Below, piece after piece: positions 52,086 to 57,912 of a DNA stretch of 57,912 nucleotides. The stretch comes from Coleofasciculus sp. B1-GNL1-01 (lineage in GTDB: Bacteria; Cyanobacteriota; Cyanobacteriia; Cyanobacteriales; Coleofasciculaceae): the NCBI GenBank assembly GCA_040220235.1, contig JAVJTO010000012.1; one strand, given 5' to 3'. Under the pieces are notes generated by a model, which was given only the letters and a program-made list of their open reading frames with translations, was not told the DNA's origin and searched no databases. Made by a program: the position numbers and the translations under genes. The stretch's first letter is position 1, and every line of letters starts with the position of its first letter.

Positions 52086-55000
52086 TTAAAAACAAGGAGA
52101 ATTATTCGGTGTTATTCCATTTAAATTAGTAGTTGCAGTATTGCTGTTTTCGCTGAAATACACGCAAATTTTACTATCATTATTGCTTTCAACTACGATA
52201 TCAGTAGAAACATTCATGAGTATATTTGATAAAATATTTGCCAAAACTTGTGTGTCGTCAGATAATTCAAAATTAATGCCTTGTTCAACATTATCTTCAA
52301 TTGTATTATTTTCAATAATTGCTGCTTGAATTATCGCCGTAGAATTTGGAATCGGAATCGGACTCAATGAAAAATCTAATGATGCAAGGCGAATATCAAT
52401 TCCTTCATCACCATTATTCCTAATTGTATTCCCGGAAATGGTCAGATTTCCGATGATTGTATTACCTTCCAGACCAATGCCAATACCATCACCTCGGGTT
52501 GGATTAGTGCCGCCATTATTTTCTATTGTATTTCCCTCAATTGTCAAATTGACCATGGGATCGCCGAAAGGAACACCTAAGCCGATCAGGATGGCATCTT
52601 CGTAATTATCAAACAATGAATTGTTTGAAAGCGTTATATTCACAGAACCTGTATCATTGTTGATCACAATACCTTGTCCACTTGGAGGGATTTGAGGGTC
52701 AGGCTTAAAACCCATTGTACCAGAAATTGTATTTGTACTAATTTCAATGTTTCCTGTAACATTATTGAGTAAAATACCTTGACCTGTTAAGGGTAAAACA
52801 GTATTATTATCAATTGTCCCTGAAATAATATTGTCAGTAATATTGACTTTTTCATTCACATTTTCAAGGAAAATTCCTTGATTAGTTGCCCCTTCAATGC
52901 GGTTATTTGTCAGGGTAACATTACTGAGATCTGTTCCAGAAATGCCGCTATCATCAGTATTCCGAATCTCAAATCCAGAAATAGCGATCGCACCTGTAGA
53001 ATCAGAGAGTTCAATGCCTTGATTTGCCTGAGTAATTTGGCTTCCCTCATTGGCGGCTATATTTACTTTTCCTGTAACATTGCTAACGAATATGCCATCA
53101 ACGTTATCAAGTGGATCAGTAATCGTGATCGTGCTATTGCTAATATCAACTGTACCACTAATTCCGTTAAGAGAGATACCTTCTGTTGATGAATTGGTAC
53201 TAGCAAGATTGCTATCTAAAATTGTGGCATTATTAATAGTAGTCCCGACTAAAGCAGCACCATTAGTACTATTTACCTCTAATCCGGTTAAATTGATTGT
53301 TCCCAAACTTTCAGCGAGTAAGATTCCCGCGTTAGCTGTTGTTGTTGTAATTTGACTTCCTGGATTGGCTGCAATTGTAGCAGTTCCTTGGATATTCGTG
53401 GCGAGGATACCGTTACTGGCTGGATTTTCAATCGTGATTGTACTATCGCTAATCTCGAAATTCCCGTTAACTGTGTCTAGAGAAATCCCTTCTGTAGCCG
53501 AATTTGTGCTGGTGAGAGTGCTGTTCGCGATCGCGCCATTATTAATATTACTTACCTCCACAACTGCACCCTCTGTACTTGACACGGTTACGCCGGATAA
53601 ATTAATTTCACCTGTACTTTCAGTGAGGGAAATTCCGGCTTGATTTCCTTCAGTCGTAATTTGACTTCCTGGATTGGCTGCAATTGTAGCAGTTCCTTGG
53701 ATATTCGTGGCGAGGATACCGTTACTGGCTGGATTTTCAATCGTGATTGTACTATCACTGATCTGGAAATTTCCGCTAACTGTGTTCAGAGAAATCCCGT
53801 CTGTGGCGGAATTGCTACTGGTGAGAGTGGTATTCGCGATCGCGCCATTATTAATATTACTCACTTCCACAACTGCACCCTCTGTACTTGACACGGTTAC
53901 ACCGGATAAATTAATCACACCTGTACTGTCAGTTAGGGAAATTCCGGCTTGATTCCCTTCAGTAATAATTTGACTTTCTGGATTGGCGGAAATTGTGGCG
54001 GTTCCCTCGATAGCTGTGGCTAGGATACCGTTACTGGTGGGATTTTCAATTGTAATTGTACTATCGCTAATCTTGAAATTACCGCTAACTGTGTCCAGAG
54101 AAATCCCTTCGGTTGCGGAGTTTGTACTGGTGAGAGTGGTATTCGCGATCGCGCCATTATTAATATTACTCACTTCCACAACTGCACCCTCTGTACTTGA
54201 CACGGTTACACCGGATAAATTAATCTCACCGATACTTTCAGTTAGGGAAATTCCGGCTTGATTCCCTTCAGTCGTAATTTGACTTCCTTGATTGGCTGCA
54301 ATTGTAGCGGTTCCCTGAATATTCGTGGCGAGGATAGCGTTACTGGCTGGATTTTCAATCGTGATTGTGCTATCACTAATATCGAAATTCCCGCTAACTG
54401 TGTCTAAAGAAATCCCTTGAGTTGCGGAATTTATGCTAGTGAGAGTGCTAGAAGTAATCGCAACATCATTAACCGATGTAACACTTAAACTAGGAACGCC
54501 ATTTCCCGCGATCGCACTATTGGTAAATGATATAAAACCTCCAGTATTTTCCAGTAACACCCCAGCTTGACGGGAACTGCTAATTATACTGTCTCGCACT
54601 TCCCCATTTTGAATACCCCTAGCGACAATTCCTGGATTAGTTACTCCAGTTATTGTAAATCCGGATAACACCGTATTATTTCCCAACCTTACTGTATCCG
54701 TTACCTGAGGAAAAACGCCAGCATCGGATAACGGAAGTTGTACGCGATCAAATTCCACTGTATCCAGTTGCTGAATCGGTCCTGTGGACAAAACCTGCAC
54801 CTGATCAGGAATTATAAAAGCCGGAATACCGGGATTCGTTCCCCCTTGTACATAAACAATATCGTTCCCATCAGATCGCGTCGCGGCTAGCGCTGAATCG
54901 ACTGTTCCAAACGGTGTTTCAACTGTACCATTTCCGCCACTCGCACCTAAATTAACGTGCTGAAATACATAAGGTTCACCGGTTTTGGGATTCGTTGCGG

Positions 55001-56036
55001 CGGTAGTAATTTCTTCGCTGAAAAAATCCGATTCTGTTTGACTATCAACCGTGATACTGGAAGTACGTCCCACGCCATCCCCTAAACGGGATAAAATACT
55101 AGCATCTCCTGAGGAACGAGTTTTCCCGAAAATTGCCCCTACGCTAACGATTACATTTGTACCAAATATTTGATCTTCTTGTACCGCCACACCGAAATTT
55201 AAGCTATCCGTGGGTTGTACTTCCAATCGCATCCGCCAACCCAGACTAGAATCACTTCCGGTTGCGTCATAATAATAAAGTCCACCATACCCTCGTAATC
55301 CTCCCTCTTCACCCCATTGCGCCAATCTTGCACCGACTTCCAGATCAAACCCCGTCATGGCGGCTTCAAAGTGGCGCACTTGTCCCCGTTGTCGTTGTCC
55401 CTGAACCACTAAAAAATGGTCAGAAAAAAAACGATCGGTCAGTTGAAATCCGGTATCAAATGCTGTTTCATCGACTAAATCGCGAGTATCACCCAGAGGA
55501 AAATAACCATTGAGGCGCACATCCCAAACCTCTCCCAAGGTTTCTAACCCCACACCGAGTTGATTGAATGTACTATTTCCCGTATCTCGATGATCAAAAC
55601 CCACATAACCGCCAAAAATACGATTCAGGGACTGATTATAAAAGCGGTGTCCCAATAAGAGATTTCCACCGAGATTTGCACTATTATCTAACTGCAATCG
55701 TCCCTCTAAAAATGTCAACGTACTACCGGGATTTTGTAGCAACGGGAGAAAACTATCCAAGCGGGTAAAACCGTCGTATCCCGCACCGGACGTACTGTAC
55801 CCAATTCCCCAGCGAGGTTTAATCGTTAGACTGGTTAAATCTGGAGAGGTAGACGGGGGAGAATCTGGCGTTTGCGCTTGAAGCAGACTTCCCCAAGGAG
55901 GGGTGATATTCAGGACATCGGCTTTGGGAAGTGATGGAATCTCCGTTTGGGCTATAGCCGCCGGAATCAAGAGAGGGGTGAAACAGAAGCTAGTCCAGAG
56001 TAATCTAACCAAGCTGTTCATACACGCGATCGCCAA
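52086..56036 (-). CDS. Inverse-autotransporter-like beta-barrel plus right-handed beta-helix surface protein
   Basis: Signal peptide; barrel motifs GGNLLLGHR...IFGGY.GFD.R...QLGVG.E...NGYFP; G.GT.E.PF motif, then long N/T/S/I/G beta-helix repeats. Confidence 0.85.
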   Translation of the reverse strand: MAIACMNSLVRLLWTSFCFTPLLIPAAIAQTEIPSLPKADVLNITPPWGSLLQAQTPDSPPSTSPDLTSLTIKPRWGIGYSTSGAGYDGFTRLDSFLPLLQNPGSTLTFLEGRLQLDNSANLGGNLLLGHRFYNQSLNRIFGGYVGFDHRDTGNSTFNQLGVGLETLGEVWDVRLNGYFPLGDTRDLVDETAFDTGFQLTDRFFSDHFLVVQGQRQRGQVRHFEAAMTGFDLEVGARLAQWGEEGGLRGYGGLYYYDATGSDSSLGWRMRLEVQPTDSLNFGVAVQEDQIFGTNVIVSVGAIFGKTRSSGDASILSRLGDGVGRTSSITVDSQTESDFFSEEITTAATNPKTGEPYVFQHVNLGASGGNGTVETPFGTVDSALAATRSDGNDIVYVQGGTNPGIPAFIIPDQVQVLSTGPIQQLDTVEFDRVQLPLSDAGVFPQVTDTVRLGNNTVLSGFTITGVTNPGIVARGIQNGEVRDSIISSSRQAGVLLENTGGFISFTNSAIAGNGVPSLSVTSVNDVAITSSTLTSINSATQGISLDTVSGNFDISDSTITIENPASNAILATNIQGTATIAANQGSQITTEGNQAGISLTESIGEINLSGVTVSSTEGAVVEVSNINNGAIANTTLTSTNSATEGISLDTVSGNFKISDSTITIENPTSNGILATAIEGTATISANPESQIITEGNQAGISLTDSTGVINLSGVTVSSTEGAVVEVSNINNGAIANTTLTSSNSATDGISLNTVSGNFQISDSTITIENPASNGILATNIQGTATIAANPGSQITTEGNQAGISLTESTGEINLSGVTVSSTEGAVVEVSNINNGAIANSTLTSTNSATEGISLDTVNGNFEISDSTITIENPASNGILATNIQGTATIAANPGSQITTTTANAGILLAESLGTINLTGLEVNSTNGAALVGTTINNATILDSNLASTNSSTEGISLNGISGTVDISNSTITITDPLDNVDGIFVSNVTGKVNIAANEGSQITQANQGIELSDSTGAIAISGFEIRNTDDSGISGTDLSNVTLTNNRIEGATNQGIFLENVNEKVNITDNIISGTIDNNTVLPLTGQGILLNNVTGNIEISTNTISGTMGFKPDPQIPPSGQGIVINNDTGSVNITLSNNSLFDNYEDAILIGLGVPFGDPMVNLTIEGNTIENNGGTNPTRGDGIGIGLEGNTIIGNLTISGNTIRNNGDEGIDIRLASLDFSLSPIPIPNSTAIIQAAIIENNTIEDNVEQGINFELSDDTQVLANILSNILMNVSTDIVVESNNDSKICVYFSENSNTATTNLNGITPNNSPCF
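53340..54450. repeat. About 3.5 tandem 309-bp (103-aa) repeats inside the adhesin gene
   Basis: Near-identical shadow ORFs start at 53365, 53674 and 53983 (309-bp period); a further partial unit starts near 54292. Confidence 0.9.
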
Positions 56037-56124
56037 TCGTTTTTTTTACCTTAACCTACACTCAACAGAAGGTATAAGAATAATTCCTAAAACGAATCGC
56101 ACACTACATATCATAGATATAGTT

Positions 56125-57360
56125 TCAACGCCCTAATTTATTAGTAATCCCATCACACCCTCCTGGAATCGTTCGGCGAGACTGTTCCCCGCACCAGGAA
56201 CAGCAGTATCGACGTTGTTCCTCTCCTAACCGTTGTACCCCAGTAAAATTTGCTCCCTCAACCACAGCACCCGTGTGAATTCCAGTGCGATAATCAGGCG
56301 GTTCAGTACGACTGCGGGGACTGGCGGTTTCCACTGATCCATAAAACAGCCATACTCCCTTGAGATCAGAGTTGAATAAATTCGCTTTATAGAGAATCGT
56401 GCGAGACAAATTTGCTCCGGCTAGGTCACAATTGCTCAGATCCGCTTGAACCATATTGGCTTCACTTAATTCCGCCCAGCGTAGATCCGTACCTGCCAAA
56501 TCCGCCCCGGCTAACATAACATTTAGAGCAATAACTCGTACACCATAAACCCGATCTTCTTGATACCCGCCATGACCATCTAAAATAGGACGTCCCAAAT
56601 GGCGATCGCGTTTTAAGGGTGTGAGTAATCGGGATTGCGACAAAAACCGTAAAACTTTTGCTTTACCTGCGGCGTCTACGCTCTTAAGAATAGCAGCAGT
56701 TCGTCCTTCACAAAACGCCCGTTCTTGGGGCCAATCTTCTAGCAATCCTTCATCGTCTAAAGCCAGGTCACAAATTCCCTGAAAGTAAGCATCAATGGTT
56801 TGTTGCTGGGTAATTGTATTTTGCTGAATGGTGAGATCCTTAGAAATAACATACTGACGCCAAGCAATATAGACAGCGAGAATGGCAATTAGAATTTGCC
56901 CTAACGCACCAATCCACTCCGCTAACGAACCCACCGAATCAAACGCTTTGGTAAATCCGGTTAACGCCGCAATCCCAACAATTGCCACAATCACACCACA
57001 AACCGCAATCAGTTGCGATCGCTGCTTTTGAGAGAGAGATTTCTGAAACCATTGTTGTAAGGGTGACCAAATCACCGATACAGAGAGGAGTAACGTGACA
57101 ATGACCCCGGCGAGAATCACCCAGTTGTTATCCAGAACTAAGCCAACAATCAAAACCGCGATCGCACTCAGGGTGATAATGGAAGGATCAGCCAATGCTT
57201 TACTGTTAGTATTCTGTCGATCAGAGAATTGAGTCGGGGACACTACCGACACCTGATCAGAAGCCTGGGATGAGATTGGCTCAGGATTAGGGTGGATTGA
57301 CTGGATGGCTGGATTAGACGGAGAAGGATCGGGCGGGTTGGTCATAGTTTGCCAGATCAA
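56125..57360 (-). CDS. Membrane protein with pentapeptide repeats
   Basis: Four TM segments, QQQTIDAYF motif, and A(D/N)LxX repeats (GADLAGTDLRWAELSEANM...). Confidence 0.9.
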   Translation of the reverse strand: MIWQTMTNPPDPSPSNPAIQSIHPNPEPISSQASDQVSVVSPTQFSDRQNTNSKALADPSIITLSAIAVLIVGLVLDNNWVILAGVIVTLLLSVSVIWSPLQQWFQKSLSQKQRSQLIAVCGVIVAIVGIAALTGFTKAFDSVGSLAEWIGALGQILIAILAVYIAWRQYVISKDLTIQQNTITQQQTIDAYFQGICDLALDDEGLLEDWPQERAFCEGRTAAILKSVDAAGKAKVLRFLSQSRLLTPLKRDRHLGRPILDGHGGYQEDRVYGVRVIALNVMLAGADLAGTDLRWAELSEANMVQADLSNCDLAGANLSRTILYKANLFNSDLKGVWLFYGSVETASPRSRTEPPDYRTGIHTGAVVEGANFTGVQRLGEEQRRYCCSWCGEQSRRTIPGGCDGITNKLGR

Positions 57361-57519
57361 GCAGATAGGTAGGATAGAAGTTTCTGGCTATTTTTCTCAA
57401 TGCAGGGGAGCAAGGGAGCGAGTAGTTTTAGCTGGTCAGTTATTTCTGTCATACTGCACTAGGAATCTGCTACTCTATTGTGCAAGTACGGAAAGCTAAA
57501 CACTGATCCACTACTAGTA

Positions 57520-57773
57520 TCAGCTCAACCACCATTTTGGAGCAATGGGAGATTTTATTGCCTCAGAATTAATAAATAATGCATTACCAAAAACCAATCC
57601 AAATGAATCATCCTTATAAAAATGATGAAAATAGTCATACAAAGCATATAGTCTAAACCCTTTGGGGATTAGATAGGAATAAATATCTAGGAAAAACGTA
57701 TGTCTCTTGTCAGTTTCCAGCCAACCCACTTCAGAATAAATAAATTTTATTCGTTTTTCGTCTAAATAACGAC
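57520..57773 (-). pseudogene. C-terminal fragment of an FkbM-like methyltransferase
   Basis: YLDEKRIKFIYSEVG...IYSYLIPKGFRLYALYD...GNALFIN. The frame closes at a repeat terminus, TATAGCAATCCTAAAT (57774-57789). Confidence 0.55.
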
Positions 57774-57912
57774 TATAGCAATCCTAAATAGATTGTGGCA
57801 AAATTCCGTACTGAAAAATTTTTGGGAACTCGAATATTTGACCATCAGCAAAAAACTTAAATAGCCACTTAACTATTTTAAAAGAGCTGCAAAGATGATA
57901 AAATTGTCTAAT

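Noticed and set aside
53050..54261. Repeated 92-101-aa plus-strand ORFs
   Set aside because: Antisense shadows of the 309-bp repeats in the adhesin gene.

Overview
Cyanobacterial chromosomal window, with abundant HIP1 (GCGATCGC) sites and many REP/MITE-like palindromes. The repeat repertoire and the glucosylglycerate/Trk genes suggest a filamentous halotolerant strain such as Coleofasciculus (inference). Housekeeping genes: psbD (cut by the window edge), ycf4, a cyclophilin, a fabF-like synthase, queF and rpe. Accessory blocks: (i) a minus-strand locus of sensor-less NB-ARC/STAND, kinase-WD40, a DUF6888/DUF6887-like pair and an RNase III fused to a NACHT C-terminal helical domain, which is the best candidate for an undescribed defence or signalling system; (ii) an SBP-vWA operon; (iii) three AAA_35 proteins; (iv) a general-stress, ion-uptake and glucosylglycerate cluster with a shared promoter motif; (v) a serpin-subtilase pair; (vi) an inverse-autotransporter-like adhesin. 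Two protein-less, highly structured IS200/IS605-like elements resembling stand-alone TnpB omega-RNA loci lie at 824-1185 and 43589-44112. All family assignments come from motif recognition by eye; no database searches were run.
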